Shown: in pieces, positions 20,971-31,604 of the stretch
How the letters are laid out: the number at the start of each line of letters is the position of its first letter
How positions within the stretch are numbered: position 1 is the stretch's first letter
Source of the DNA: Burkholderiales bacterium
GTDB lineage: Bacteria > Pseudomonadota > Gammaproteobacteria > Burkholderiales > Burkholderiaceae_C
Length of the DNA: 64,000 nucleotides
Direction: 5' to 3'
NCBI GenBank assembly: GCA_947464185.1
Contig: CANHVY010000018.1
Location: 3,220 to 67,219 of the forward strand
The notes under the pieces: generated by a model
What the model saw: only the letters and a program-made list of their open reading frames with translations
Database searches by the model: none
Told to the model about the DNA's origin: nothing
Position numbers and translations under genes: made by a program

Positions 20971-22410
20971 TTACAGCAGCACCCGGCGGAAGTCCGCCAG
21001 GATCTGGCCCAGATAGGCGTTGAAGCGGGCGGCCGCGGCGCCATCGATCACACGGTGGTCCCAGGTCAGTGACAGGGGCAGCATCAGGCGCGGCACAAAG
21101 GCCTTGCCGTCCCACTTGGGCGCCATCTCGCTCTTGCACACCCCCAGAATGGCCACTTCTGGCGCATTGATGATGGGCGTGAAGTAGCGCCCGCCGATGC
21201 CGCCCAGGCTGGAGATGGTGAAGGTAGCCCCACTCATGTCGGCCGGGCCCAGCTTGCCGTCCCTCGCCTTCTTGGCCAGCTCGGCCATTTCCTGGCTGAT
21301 CTGCAGCACGCCTTTCTTGTCCGCATCCTTGATGACTGGCACCACCAAGCCGTTGGGCGTGTCGGCCGCAAAGCCGATGTGCCAGTATTGCTTGTAGACC
21401 AGCGCGTCGCCATCAAGGCTGCTGTTGAACTCCGGGAACTTCTTGAGCGCCGCCACGCAGGCCTTGATCAGGAAGGCCAGCATCGTGACCTTGACGCCGC
21501 TCTTCTCGTTTTCCTTGTTGGTCGACACACGGAACGCCTCAAGTTCGGTGATGTCAGCATCGTCGTGGTTGGTGACGGCCGGGATCATCACTGCGTTGCG
21601 CAACAGGTTGGCGCCGCTGATCTTCTTGATACGGCCCAGCTCCTTGCGGTCGATGGGGCCGAACTTGGCGAAGTCCACCTTGGGCCAGGGGATCAGACCC
21701 AGCTCTGCACCGGCCCCGCCGGCCCCTGCAGCAGGGGCCGCCTTGGCCACGGCCGCAGCCACGGAAGCCGAGATGGCCTGCGTCTGCGCAGCACCAGCCA
21801 TCACCGCCTTGGTGAAGGCCTGCACATCGTCCTGGGTGATGCGGCCTTTGGGCCCCGTACCCTGGACTTCCTGCAAGGGCACGCCGAGCTCGCGCGCAAA
21901 GCGGCGCACGGAGGGTGAGGCGTGGGGAAGTCCCAGCGCCGGCGCGGCGGCGGGCTGGTGGGGCTGGTGGGGCTGCACGCTGACGGCCGCGGCGGCTGCA
22001 GGGGCTTCAGCAGGCGCGGGAACGGATGCGGGGGCTGCTGCCACGGGCTCGGGCAATGGCGCAAGGGCCGCCGCGGCCACTGGCGCGGGAGCCGCGGTGA
22101 CGGAAGCCGGGGAAGATGCCGAAGATGGAGCCGGAGATGGGGCCGGAGATGAGGCCGGGGCCGCGGCGCTGTCAGCCGCCTCGAGCATCAGCACCAGCGA
22201 ACCTTCGTTCACGACATCGCCGACAGCGACCTTGAGCTCCTTGACCACGCCAGCATGCGATGAAGGAATCTCCATCGACGCCTTGTCGCTCTCCACCGTC
22301 ATCAGCGATTGATCGACCTTCACCGTGTCGCCGGGCTTGACCAGCAGCTCGATCACTGCCACGTCCTTGAAGTCCCCGATGTCGGGAACCTTGACTTCGA
22401 CCAGGGCCAT
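20971..22410 (-). CDS. aceF: Dihydrolipoyllysine-residue acetyltransferase (E2), single lipoyl domain
   Basis: Lipoyl motif ESDKASMEIP, a long Ala/Pro linker, an E3-binding domain (SPSVRRFARELGV), and catalytic DHRVIDGA. The start was set at ATG 22410 (MALVEVKVPDIGDF). Confidence 0.9.
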   Translation of the reverse strand: MALVEVKVPDIGDFKDVAVIELLVKPGDTVKVDQSLMTVESDKASMEIPSSHAGVVKELKVAVGDVVNEGSLVLMLEAADSAAAPASSPAPSPAPSSASSPASVTAAPAPVAAAALAPLPEPVAAAPASVPAPAEAPAAAAAVSVQPHQPHQPAAAPALGLPHASPSVRRFARELGVPLQEVQGTGPKGRITQDDVQAFTKAVMAGAAQTQAISASVAAAVAKAAPAAGAGGAGAELGLIPWPKVDFAKFGPIDRKELGRIKKISGANLLRNAVMIPAVTNHDDADITELEAFRVSTNKENEKSGVKVTMLAFLIKACVAALKKFPEFNSSLDGDALVYKQYWHIGFAADTPNGLVVPVIKDADKKGVLQISQEMAELAKKARDGKLGPADMSGATFTISSLGGIGGRYFTPIINAPEVAILGVCKSEMAPKWDGKAFVPRLMLPLSLTWDHRVIDGAAAARFNAYLGQILADFRRVLL

Positions 22411-22450
22411 GTCCTGTTCTCCTTGAAGTGTGTGCAGGGTCGGTGCCGGT

Positions 22451-25162
22451 TCAGGCGTACAAGGGGTTGAGCTTGTCAGCGTCGATGCCGTACTTGCGGA
22501 TCGCCTCGGCCACCTTCGCGGCGGGCAGCGCACCCTCGTCAGCCAGCGACTTCAGGGCGGCCACGACGATGTAGTGGCGGTTGACCTCGAAGTGCTCACG
22601 CAGCTTGCTGCGGAAGTCGCTGCGCCCGAAGCCGTCGGTGCCCAGCACCTTGTAGCTGCGACCCTTGGGGATGAAGGCGCGGATCTGCTCGGCGTAGTTC
22701 TTCATGTAGTCCGTCGAAGCAACCACCGGGCCGGCATGGCCCGCGAGCTGCTGCTCCACGAAGGACACGCGGGGCGTCTCGGTGGGGTGCAGCAGGTTCC
22801 AGCGATCGCAGTCCTGGCCGTCGCGGGCCAGCTCGTTGAAGCTGGGGCAGCTGAACACGCTGGCCGCCACACCCCAGTCCACGGCCAGCAGCTTGCGGGC
22901 CTCCATGCTCTCGCGCAGGATGGTGCCGCTGCCCAGCAGGTTCACACGGGGGGCGGACTTCGCTCCCTCGCCCGCTTCCAGCAGGTACATGCCCTTGATG
23001 ATCTGCTCTTCGGTGCCGGCGGTGAGGCCCGGCATGGGATAGTTCTCGTTGAGCAGCGTCAGGTAGTAGAAGACGTTCTCCTGCCGCTCCACCATCCGCT
23101 TCAGGCCGTGGTGGAGGATCACGCCCACCTCGTGGGCGAAGGTGGGGTCGTAGCTGATGCAGTTGGGGATGGTGCCGGCCAGGATGTGGCTGTGGCCGTC
23201 TTCGTGCTGCAGGCCCTCGCCATTGAGCGTGGTGCGCCCGGAGGTGCCGCCCAGCAGGAAGCCGCGCGCCTGCATGTCCCCGGCGGCCCAGGCCAGATCA
23301 CCGATGCGCTGGAAGCCGAACATCGAGTAGTAGATGTAGAACGGCACCATGATGCGGTTGTTCGTCGAATAAGACGTCGCCGCGGCGATCCAGCTGCTCA
23401 TGCCGCCGGCCTCGTTGATGCCCTCCTGCAGGATCTGCCCGGCCTTGTCCTCCCGGTAGTACATGACCTGGTCCTTGTCGACCGGGGTGTACTTCTGCCC
23501 CTCGGGGTTGTAGATGCCGATCTGGCGGAACAGGCCTTCCATGCCGAAGGTACGCGCCTCGTCCACCAAGATGGGCACCACGCGCGGGCCCAGGGCCTGG
23601 TCGCGCAGCAACTGCGTGAGACAGCGCACGTAGGCCTGCGTGGTGCTGATCTCGCGACCTGCCGCCGTGGGGTCCAGCACCGACTTGAAGGTTTCCAGGG
23701 CGGGCACGGTGAAATGCTCGTCGGCCTTGGTGCGTCGGTGGGGCAGATAGCCGCCCAGGGCCTTGCGCCGCTCATGCAGGTACTTCATCTCCGGCGTGTC
23801 GTCAGCCGGCTTGTAGAACGGGATCTTGGCCAGCTCACTGTCAGGAATGGGGATGTTGAAGCGGTCGCGGAAGTGTCGGATGTCGTCATCCCCCAGCTTC
23901 TTGGCCTGGTGCGCCGTGTTCTTGCCCTCACCGGCCTTGCCCATGCCCCAGCCCTTGACCGTCTTCACCAGCAGGACAGACGGACCGCCCGTGTGCTGGT
24001 TCGCGCGATGGAAGGCGGCGTAGACCTTGGCCGCATCATGGCCGCCGCGACGCAACGCGAAGATGTCCTCGTCGCTCATCTTGGACACCATCTCCAGCGT
24101 GCGCGGATCGCGGCCGAAGAAGTGCTTGCGCACGAAGGCGCCGTCATTGGCCTTGAAGGCCTGGTAGTCCCCGTCCAGCGTGTCCAGCATCACCTTGCGC
24201 AGCGCGCCGTCCTTATCGCGCGCCAGCAGCGGGTCCCAGTTGCTGCCCCACAGCAGCTTGATGACGTTCCAACCCGCGCCCCGGAACTCTCCTTCGAGTT
24301 CCTGCACGATCTTGCCGTTGCCGCGCACCGGGCCGTCCAGGCGCTGCAGATTGCAGTTGATGACGAAGATGAGGTTGTCCAGCTTTTCGCGCGCCGCCAG
24401 CCCGATGGCACCCAAGGACTCGGGTTCGTCCATCTCGCCGTCACCGCAGAACACCCAGACCTTGCGTTTGGACGTGTCGGCGATGCCGCGCGCATGCAGG
24501 TACTTCAGGAAACGCGCCTGGTAGATGGACATCAAGGGCCCCAGGCCCATGGAGACCGTGGGGAACTGCCAGAACTCCGGCATCAGCTTGGGGTGCGGGT
24601 AGCTCGACAGCCCCTTGCCACCCACCTCCTGACGGAAGTTCAGCATCTGCTCCTCGGTGATCCGTCCTTCCAGGAAAGCGCGGGCATAGATGCCCGGGGC
24701 GCTGTGGCCCTGGATGTAGAGCAGATCGCCACCATGCCCATGGCCGTCGGCATGCCAGAAGTGGTTGAAGCCGGCGGCGAAGAGGTGCGCCAGCGAAGCG
24801 AAGGAACTGATGTGCCCGCCCAGATCGCCGCCATCGGCGGGATCCAGCCGGTTGGCCTTCACCACCAGCGCCATCGCGTTCCACCGCATGTAGGCGCGCA
24901 GGCGTCCTTCAAGCTCCAGATTCCCGGGGCTGTGCTCTTCCTGCTCGGGCTCGATGGTGTTGACGTAGCCGGTGTTGGCCGAGAACGGCATGTCCACGCT
25001 GTGCTGCCGCGCTTCCTCCAGCAACTGCTCCAGCAGGAAATGCGCGCGGTCCGGCCCTTCGGCCTCGATGACGGCGGTCAGTGCATCCAGCCACTCGCGT
25101 GTTTCCTGGGCGTCGATGTCGTAGGGCGTCTGGCCGTCGGCCGATGGCGATGCAGAGGACAT
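22451..25162 (-). CDS. aceE: Pyruvate dehydrogenase E1 component (homodimeric type)
   Basis: About 900 aa with AceE-type conserved blocks (GGHISSFAS, GDGEMDEPES), upstream of aceF-lpdA. The start was trimmed to ATG at 25162. Confidence 0.95.
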   Translation of the reverse strand: MSSASPSADGQTPYDIDAQETREWLDALTAVIEAEGPDRAHFLLEQLLEEARQHSVDMPFSANTGYVNTIEPEQEEHSPGNLELEGRLRAYMRWNAMALVVKANRLDPADGGDLGGHISSFASLAHLFAAGFNHFWHADGHGHGGDLLYIQGHSAPGIYARAFLEGRITEEQMLNFRQEVGGKGLSSYPHPKLMPEFWQFPTVSMGLGPLMSIYQARFLKYLHARGIADTSKRKVWVFCGDGEMDEPESLGAIGLAAREKLDNLIFVINCNLQRLDGPVRGNGKIVQELEGEFRGAGWNVIKLLWGSNWDPLLARDKDGALRKVMLDTLDGDYQAFKANDGAFVRKHFFGRDPRTLEMVSKMSDEDIFALRRGGHDAAKVYAAFHRANQHTGGPSVLLVKTVKGWGMGKAGEGKNTAHQAKKLGDDDIRHFRDRFNIPIPDSELAKIPFYKPADDTPEMKYLHERRKALGGYLPHRRTKADEHFTVPALETFKSVLDPTAAGREISTTQAYVRCLTQLLRDQALGPRVVPILVDEARTFGMEGLFRQIGIYNPEGQKYTPVDKDQVMYYREDKAGQILQEGINEAGGMSSWIAAATSYSTNNRIMVPFYIYYSMFGFQRIGDLAWAAGDMQARGFLLGGTSGRTTLNGEGLQHEDGHSHILAGTIPNCISYDPTFAHEVGVILHHGLKRMVERQENVFYYLTLLNENYPMPGLTAGTEEQIIKGMYLLEAGEGAKSAPRVNLLGSGTILRESMEARKLLAVDWGVAASVFSCPSFNELARDGQDCDRWNLLHPTETPRVSFVEQQLAGHAGPVVASTDYMKNYAEQIRAFIPKGRSYKVLGTDGFGRSDFRSKLREHFEVNRHYIVVAALKSLADEGALPAAKVAEAIRKYGIDADKLNPLYA

Positions 25163-25290
25163 GAGACCGTCTCCTTGGCTTGAAAACTGTTGTGACCGCA
25201 AGTGTCGCACGGAACATTTACTTTTCAAATAGTGACTACGTTTTCCACATAATGAAACCATAGAAGTGCATCTTTGGCACTGTCCAAGCC

Positions 25291-27891
25291 ATGATGGGCC
25301 AGGATAATCCGTCGATGCAATCCCGCGCCTCGGTGCAAACGCCCGGACCCGTGTGGCCCGCCCGGCTCTCCCGCCTCGCCACGCGCTGGTGGCGCAGGCT
25401 GCCGCCTTCGCGGCAAGACCGTCTGGCCACCATCGGGCCCCTGGTGTCGGTGCTGTTGTTCCTGGCGGCCATCACCAGTGCCTTCTGGTACTTGCGGCAG
25501 GAAGAGATCAGCCGGGAACTGGAATCGGTGGTCCGCGACACCGAGATCACCCAGCAGCGCGTGGGCCTGCGACTGATAGAGAACCAGGAGCAGCTCGTGC
25601 GCCTGGCGCGCGAATTGATATCCCGGGAGATCAGCAATGCCGAGTTCAGCCAGCAGGCCCGTACCCTGACGACCGACCGCCCCGAGATCACGCATGTCAC
25701 CTGGCTGAGCGCACGCCGCGGGGTGCGCGCCACCTCGCGCGGGCCGTCGCTGCCTACCGAACTGGGCATGGCCGAGCCCTGGCCCGACCTCAAGCTGCCC
25801 ATCGAGGGAACCCGCCAAGCCAGCGAGGCCGCCTTCACGGCCGCGCGTGACCGCCGCCAGCCGGCCTACTCCGAACCCTTCACGGACCTGGCCGGCCAGG
25901 CTGTCTTCCAGTTGCATGTTCCGCTGATCGACCGCGGCACCTTTGCCGGCACCCTGGTGGCCGAGTACTCGGTACCCACGCTGGTGTGGCGCCTGGTACC
26001 CGCCGACGTCGCGCTGCGCCACCGCATCACCGCACTGGGGGCTGACGGCGCCAGCCTGGCCAGCACCAGCACGCCCATGCCCGGCCGGGCCCGCGAACGC
26101 GGTGCCCTGGTGCATGACCTGCCCCTGACCCCGGCGCTGAACGGCGTCGTCCTGCGCGGCGAAGGATGGCGCACCTCCATCGGCCTGATCAGCAACACGC
26201 TGTTCTGGATGGTGGTGGCGCTGTCCGTGCTCACGCTGTGGATGCTGCTGGGCACTTGGCGCCACATGCGGCGGCGCGCGCAGATCCAGTCCGCCCTGGT
26301 GCAGGAAACGCAATTCCGGCGGGCCATGGAGAACTCCATGCTGACCGGCATGCGGGCGCTGGACCTGGAAGGCCGGATCACCTACGTCAACGCCGCCTTC
26401 TGCCAGATGAGCGGGTTCTCCGAAGGCGAACTGCTGGGGTGCAAGCCGCCCTACCCCTACTGGCCGCCAGACCGCATCGAGGAGAACAACCGCCTGCTGC
26501 AGCAGGAGATGCAGGGGCGCAGCCCTGCAGGCGGCATCGAGGTGCGGCTGATGCGCAAGGACGGGCAGCTGTTCGACGCGCGCATGTACGTGTCGCCACT
26601 GATCGACCCGAAAGGACAGCAGACGGGTTGGATGACCTCGATGACCAACATCACCGAGGCCAAGCGCATCCGCGACCAGCTCTCGGCCTCGCACGAGCGC
26701 TTCACCACGGTGCTGGAGGGCCTGGACGCCTCCGTGTCCGTACTGTCGATGCAGCAGGCCAACCTGCTGTTCGCCAACCGTTCGTACCGCCTGTGGTTCG
26801 GCGCGGAGGCACGCGGTCACGGCCTGCTCACGGCCGGCCACGCGACAACACCGTTCGAGCACGACCCAGAGGACGACCTCGACCCCCTGTCCGGCCTGCC
26901 GGTGCAGGAATTGACGGAGTCTTCGGGTGACTTGCGCGAGGTCTACGTGGAATCGCTGAACAAGTGGTTCGACGTGCGCTCCCGCTACCTGCAGTGGACG
27001 GACGGACGCCTGGCGCAGATGGTCATTGCCACGGACATCACGGCCCGCCTGCGCGCCGAAGAGCAGGCCAGGCAGCAGGCGGAAAAGGCCGCCGTCACCA
27101 GCCGGCTCATGACCATGGGCGAGATGGCCTCGTCAGTGGCGCACGAACTGAACCAGCCCCTGACCGCCATCACCAACTACTGCAACGGGATGGTCTCGCG
27201 CGTCACGGCCGAGACCATCGAGAAGGACGATCTTGTCGCCGCGCTGAAGAAGACGGCCAACCAGGCGGCACGGGCGGGCCAGATCATTCACCGCATCCGC
27301 TCCTTCGTGAAGCGCAGCGAGCCGCAGCGCCAGCCCTCCGAGGCACGCACCATCGTGGAGAACGCGGTGGAGCTTGCAGGCATCGAGCTGCGCCGCCGGC
27401 AGGTCGCCATCCGCACCTACGTGGCTCAGCGCCTGCCCATCCTGCAGGTCGATCCCATCCTCATCGAACAGGTGCTGATGAACCTGATGAAGAACGCCGC
27501 CGAGGCTATCGACGCGGCACAGCTGCCTGCCTCGCGCCGGCACATCGAGCTGCGCGTGGTGCCCCGGTACACGCGCGAAGAAGGCGGCACCATCGAGTTC
27601 AGCGTCACCGACGCCGGCCCCGGCATCGCTGAGGAAGTGCTGTCGCGTCTGTACGAGGCCTTCTTCTCCACCAAGGCCGAGGGCCTGGGCATCGGGCTGT
27701 CGCTTTGCCGGTCCATCGTGGAGTCTCACCGAGGCAGGATGAAGGCCCAGAACCTCTACAATGCAGGTGCTGTCGTGGGCTGCCGGTTCGCCTTCACGCT
27801 GCCCGTGGAACTCCCCGTTCGCCTCGATTCAGGCTTTGCCCCGGCCGAATCCGACACCTCCCTGGAAACCACCGCCCAGACCACGCCATGA
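25291..27891 (+). CDS. Membrane PAS-domain sensor histidine kinase
   Basis: Two TM segments flank a periplasmic region, followed by PAS-like repeats. H-box SSVAHELNQPL, N-box LMNLMKNAAEA, and G-boxes DAGPGI / GLGIGLSLC. Confidence 0.85.
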   Translation: MMGQDNPSMQSRASVQTPGPVWPARLSRLATRWWRRLPPSRQDRLATIGPLVSVLLFLAAITSAFWYLRQEEISRELESVVRDTEITQQRVGLRLIENQEQLVRLARELISREISNAEFSQQARTLTTDRPEITHVTWLSARRGVRATSRGPSLPTELGMAEPWPDLKLPIEGTRQASEAAFTAARDRRQPAYSEPFTDLAGQAVFQLHVPLIDRGTFAGTLVAEYSVPTLVWRLVPADVALRHRITALGADGASLASTSTPMPGRARERGALVHDLPLTPALNGVVLRGEGWRTSIGLISNTLFWMVVALSVLTLWMLLGTWRHMRRRAQIQSALVQETQFRRAMENSMLTGMRALDLEGRITYVNAAFCQMSGFSEGELLGCKPPYPYWPPDRIEENNRLLQQEMQGRSPAGGIEVRLMRKDGQLFDARMYVSPLIDPKGQQTGWMTSMTNITEAKRIRDQLSASHERFTTVLEGLDASVSVLSMQQANLLFANRSYRLWFGAEARGHGLLTAGHATTPFEHDPEDDLDPLSGLPVQELTESSGDLREVYVESLNKWFDVRSRYLQWTDGRLAQMVIATDITARLRAEEQARQQAEKAAVTSRLMTMGEMASSVAHELNQPLTAITNYCNGMVSRVTAETIEKDDLVAALKKTANQAARAGQIIHRIRSFVKRSEPQRQPSEARTIVENAVELAGIELRRRQVAIRTYVAQRLPILQVDPILIEQVLMNLMKNAAEAIDAAQLPASRRHIELRVVPRYTREEGGTIEFSVTDAGPGIAEEVLSRLYEAFFSTKAEGLGIGLSLCRSIVESHRGRMKAQNLYNAGAVVGCRFAFTLPVELPVRLDSGFAPAESDTSLETTAQTTP

Positions 27892-28511
27892 GCCTGATCC
27901 CCAAGAAAGGAACCGTGTACGTTGTCGATGACGACGAGGCGGTGCGCGACTCCCTTCAGTGGCTGCTGGAGGGCAAGGACTACCGGGTGAAGTGCTTCGA
28001 TTCGGCCGAATCCTTTCTTGCCCGCTTCGACTCGCGCGAGGTGGCTTGCCTGATCGTCGACATCCGCATGGACGGCATGAGCGGCCTGGAGCTGCAGGAC
28101 CGGCTGATCGAGCGTCGCAGCCCGCTTCCCGTGGTGTTCATCACCGGTCATGGCGACGTGCCTATGGCGGTGACGACGATGAAGAAGGGCGCGATGGACT
28201 TCATCGAGAAGCCCTTCAAGGAAGACGAACTGCTGGGCCTGGTGGAGCGCATGCTCGACCAGGCACGCGACGCGTTCAGCCAGCACCAGGAGGCCGTCAG
28301 CCGTGAAGCGCTGCTGGGGCGGCTGACCACGCGCGAGGCCCAGGTGCTGGAACGGATCGTGGCGGGACGCCTGAACAAGCAGATCGCCGACGACCTGGGC
28401 ATCAGCATCAAGACGGTGGAGGCGCACCGCGCCAACATCATGGAAAAGCTCAACGCCAACACCGTGGCCGACCTGCTGAAGATCGCCTTGGGCGCCGCGC
28501 CCAAGGCCTGA
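27888..28511 (+). CDS. FixJ/NarL-family response regulator (REC + LuxR HTH)
   Basis: Receiver motifs [11 protein letters not shown] and [12 protein letters not shown]. LuxR-type [50 protein letters not shown] overlap with the kinase stop. Confidence 0.9.
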   Translation: MSLIPKKGTVYVVDDDEAVRDSLQWLLEGKDYRVKCFDSAESFLARFDSREVACLIVDIRMDGMSGLELQDRLIERRSPLPVVFITGHGDVPMAVTTMKKGAMDFIEKPFKEDELLGLVERMLDQARDAFSQHQEAVSREALLGRLTTREAQVLERIVAGRLNKQIADDLGISIKTVEAHRANIMEKLNANTVADLLKIALGAAPKA

Positions 28512-28569
28512 CAACCCTCACCCCTCGAAGGCCGCTGACCCCAGCGGCCTTCTTCGTTGCGGAGCCTGC

Positions 28570-29427
28570 GTGACAGCAAAGATCATCGACGGCGTGGCCC
28601 TGTCCCGCCAGATCCGGGAAGACCTGGGCCTGCGCGCGCAGGCGCTGGCAGCACAGGGCCGGCGCCCCGGCCTGGCCGTGATCCTGGTGGGGGACGACCC
28701 CGCCAGCGCGGTGTACGTGCGCAACAAGGTCAAGGCCTGCGAAGCGCACGGCCTGCACTCAGTGTTCGAGAAGTACGACGCCGGCCTGGCCGAGGCCGAT
28801 CTGCTGGGGCGCATCCGTGCGCTCAACGCCGATCCCGGCATCCACGGCATCCTGGTGCAGATGCCGTTGCCGCGCCACATCGACCCGCACCGCGTCATCC
28901 AGACCATTGATGTTCACAAGGACGTGGACGGGTTCTCCACCTTGTCGGCCGGCGAGTTGATGAGCGGGCTGCCCGGGTTTCGTCCGTGCACGCCTTACGG
29001 CTGCATGAAGCTCATCGAGAGCACGGGGGTGGAGATCCGCGGCAAGCACGCCGTGGTGATCGGCCGCAGCAACACGGTGGGCAAGCCCATGGCGCTGCTG
29101 CTCCTGCAGGCCAGCGCCACGGTGACGGTGTGCCACAGCGCCACGCCTGACCTGGGCTTGCACACGCGCCAGGCCGACATCCTGGTCGCGGCCGTAGGCC
29201 GGCGCCACACCGTCACGCGCGAGATGGTCAAGCCCGGCGCGGTGGTCATCGACGTGGGCATCAACCGCAACGAGGAAGGCAAGCTGCAGGGCGATGTGGA
29301 CCTTGACGGTGTGCGCGAGGTGGCGGGCTGGATCACGCCCGTGCCCGGTGGCGTGGGCCCGATGACCATCACCATGCTGCTGGCCAACACGGTGGAGGCG
29401 GCCGAACGCGGCCCGATGGACGCCTGA
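28570..29427 (+). CDS. folD: Bifunctional methylenetetrahydrofolate dehydrogenase/cyclohydrolase
   Basis: Motifs [20 protein letters not shown] and [11 protein letters not shown] start. Confidence 0.9.
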   Translation: MTAKIIDGVALSRQIREDLGLRAQALAAQGRRPGLAVILVGDDPASAVYVRNKVKACEAHGLHSVFEKYDAGLAEADLLGRIRALNADPGIHGILVQMPLPRHIDPHRVIQTIDVHKDVDGFSTLSAGELMSGLPGFRPCTPYGCMKLIESTGVEIRGKHAVVIGRSNTVGKPMALLLLQASATVTVCHSATPDLGLHTRQADILVAAVGRRHTVTREMVKPGAVVIDVGINRNEEGKLQGDVDLDGVREVAGWITPVPGGVGPMTITMLLANTVEAAERGPMDA

Positions 29428-29484
29428 AGCCCGTCTTCGACCCGCCACCTCACCCGCGAACTCAAACCCGCCAGGAACCCGACC

Positions 29485-31533
29485 ATGATCGACACCAACC
29501 CGCTGCTGGACTTCGGCCCGCGACCCGCCTTCGGCCGCATCAGCGCCGAGCACGTGGCACCCGCCGTGCAGACCCTGCTGGCTCAGGCCGAGGCAGCGCT
29601 GGAATGTGCCGTGGGCCCCACGGTGGATCTGGATTACGAGGCCATGTCAGCCGTGCTGGATGTCGCCGCGGAACGGCTGGAACGCGCCTGGGGCCAGGTG
29701 GGCCATCTGCACGCGGTGGCGGACACGCCGGAAATGCGTGCCGCCTACAGCCAGAGCCTGGGTGCGGTGACGGCCTTTCACACCAGGATCTCATCAGACC
29801 GGCGCCTCATGGCCCGCTACCAGGCGTTGCGGCAGCAAGACCGTGGGCTGACGCCGGCAAGGCGTCGTGCGCTGGACAACGCCCTGCGGGACTTCGAGCT
29901 CTCGGGCGCCATGTTGGAGGGCGCCGAGCGGGAGCGCTTCGCCCAGATCAAGGCGCGCCGGGCCGAGCTGGCGCAGCAGTTCTCTGAGCATGTGCTGGAC
30001 GCCACCGATGCGTTCTCTCTGGACGTGCCCGCATCGCAACTGGCCGGACTGCCTGCCGACGCCCTGGCCGCCGCGCGAGAAGCCGCCCAGGCTGCCGGCG
30101 TGGAAGGCTGCCGCCTGACCCTGCACGCCCCCAGCTACCTGCCCGCCATGCAGCACGTGCACGACGGCAGCGTGCGTCAGGCGCTGTACCGCGCCTACGT
30201 CACCCGTGCCAGCGAGCATGGCCCGGCCGGGCAGGACAACAGCGCCATCATCCAGGAGCAACTGACGCTCAAGCAGGAGGAAGCGCAGCTGCTGGGGCGC
30301 GCCAACTACGCGGAGGTCTCCCTGGCGCCCAAGATGGCGGGCACCCCTCAGGAGGTGCTGGACTTCCTGCGCCTGCTGGCCCACCGCGCGCGACCTTCGG
30401 CGCAGAAGGACTTCGCGGAATTGAAGGCCTTTGCAGCGGCCGAACTGGGCCTGCCCGACCTGCAGGCCTGGGACGTGCCCTACGCCAGCGAACGCCTGCG
30501 CGAGAAGCGCTACGCCTACAGCGAGGAGGAGGTGCGGGCCTACTTCACCCTGCCCCGGGTGCTGCAGGGGCTGTTCGAGATCATCGAGATGCTGTTCGGC
30601 GTGCGCATCGTCGAAGACCAGGCACCCGTCTGGCACGACAGCGTGAAGTTCTACCGCATCGAGCGGGCGGCGGCCCAGGCTGGCGACGCCGCGCCCACCA
30701 CCGTGGCGCACTTCTACCTGGATCTGCACGCACGCCCCGGCAAGAGCCCGGGTGCGTGGATGAGCGATGCCCAGTCCCGCTGGCGGCGGCCCGACGGCGC
30801 CGGCGCCGTGCAGACGCCCGTGGCCCGGCTGATCTGCAACTTCGCCTCCCCCCAGGGCGGACGGCCCGCGCTGCTGACGCACGACGACGTCATCACCCTC
30901 TTCCATGAGTTCGGCCACGGCCTGCACCACATGCTCACGCAGGTGGAAGACCTGGCCGTCTCCGGCATCGCCGGCGTGGAGTGGGACGCGGTGGAGCTTC
31001 CCAGCCAGTTCATGGAGAACTTCTGCTGGGAGTGGAGCGTGCTGCGCCGCCTGACCGCGCATGTGGACACGGGCGAGACGCTGCCACGCGAGCTGTTCGA
31101 CAAGTTGCTGGCGGCCAAGAGCTTCCAGAGCGGTCTGGCCACGCTGCGGCAGATCGAGTTCGGCCTGTTCGACATGCGGCTGCACGCAGAGCCCGGCAGC
31201 CAAGCCGATGTGCAGCGCGTGATGGACGAGGTGCGTGCCGAGGTGGCGGTGCTGCACCCGCCGGCCTTCAACCGCTTCCAGAACGCCTTCTCCCACATCT
31301 TCGGCGGGGGTTATGCGGCGGGCTACTACAGCTACAAGTGGGCCGAGGTGCTGAGTGCCGATGCCTGGAGCGCCTTCGAGGAGACCGACCCGCTGGACGT
31401 CGCCACCGGTCAGCGCTACCTGCACACCATCCTGGAAGTGGGTGGCAGCCGGCCGGCGCTGGAGAGCTTCAAGGCCTTCCGCGGGCGGGAACCGCAGATC
31501 GACGCGCTCCTGCGCCACCAGGGCCTGACCTGA
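29485..31533 (+). CDS. prlC: Oligopeptidase A (M3 family zinc metallopeptidase)
   Basis: Zinc motif HEFGHGLHH and 682 aa, with M3A conserved blocks. Confidence 0.9.
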   Translation: MIDTNPLLDFGPRPAFGRISAEHVAPAVQTLLAQAEAALECAVGPTVDLDYEAMSAVLDVAAERLERAWGQVGHLHAVADTPEMRAAYSQSLGAVTAFHTRISSDRRLMARYQALRQQDRGLTPARRRALDNALRDFELSGAMLEGAERERFAQIKARRAELAQQFSEHVLDATDAFSLDVPASQLAGLPADALAAAREAAQAAGVEGCRLTLHAPSYLPAMQHVHDGSVRQALYRAYVTRASEHGPAGQDNSAIIQEQLTLKQEEAQLLGRANYAEVSLAPKMAGTPQEVLDFLRLLAHRARPSAQKDFAELKAFAAAELGLPDLQAWDVPYASERLREKRYAYSEEEVRAYFTLPRVLQGLFEIIEMLFGVRIVEDQAPVWHDSVKFYRIERAAAQAGDAAPTTVAHFYLDLHARPGKSPGAWMSDAQSRWRRPDGAGAVQTPVARLICNFASPQGGRPALLTHDDVITLFHEFGHGLHHMLTQVEDLAVSGIAGVEWDAVELPSQFMENFCWEWSVLRRLTAHVDTGETLPRELFDKLLAAKSFQSGLATLRQIEFGLFDMRLHAEPGSQADVQRVMDEVRAEVAVLHPPAFNRFQNAFSHIFGGGYAAGYYSYKWAEVLSADAWSAFEETDPLDVATGQRYLHTILEVGGSRPALESFKAFRGREPQIDALLRHQGLT

Positions 31534-31559
31534 AAGCCTGAAAGCCTGAAAGCCTGAAA
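31529..31559. repeat. Octanucleotide microsatellite (CCTGAAAG x ~3.9)
   Basis: A direct tandem repeat visible in the sequence. The first unit contains the prlC stop codon. Confidence 0.8.
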
Positions 31560-31604
31560 CCCCGCAAACCACCCGGCCTGATGGCGGCGGGGGGGCTACG
31601 GGGG

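Noticed and set aside
31529-31604. The CCTGAAAG x4 microsatellite and the nearby GGGGGCTAC x2 repeat after prlC
   Set aside because: These are short simple repeats in a convergent intergenic region, with no hairpin or coding potential. They are most likely slippage products. The first is listed as a repeat feature only.
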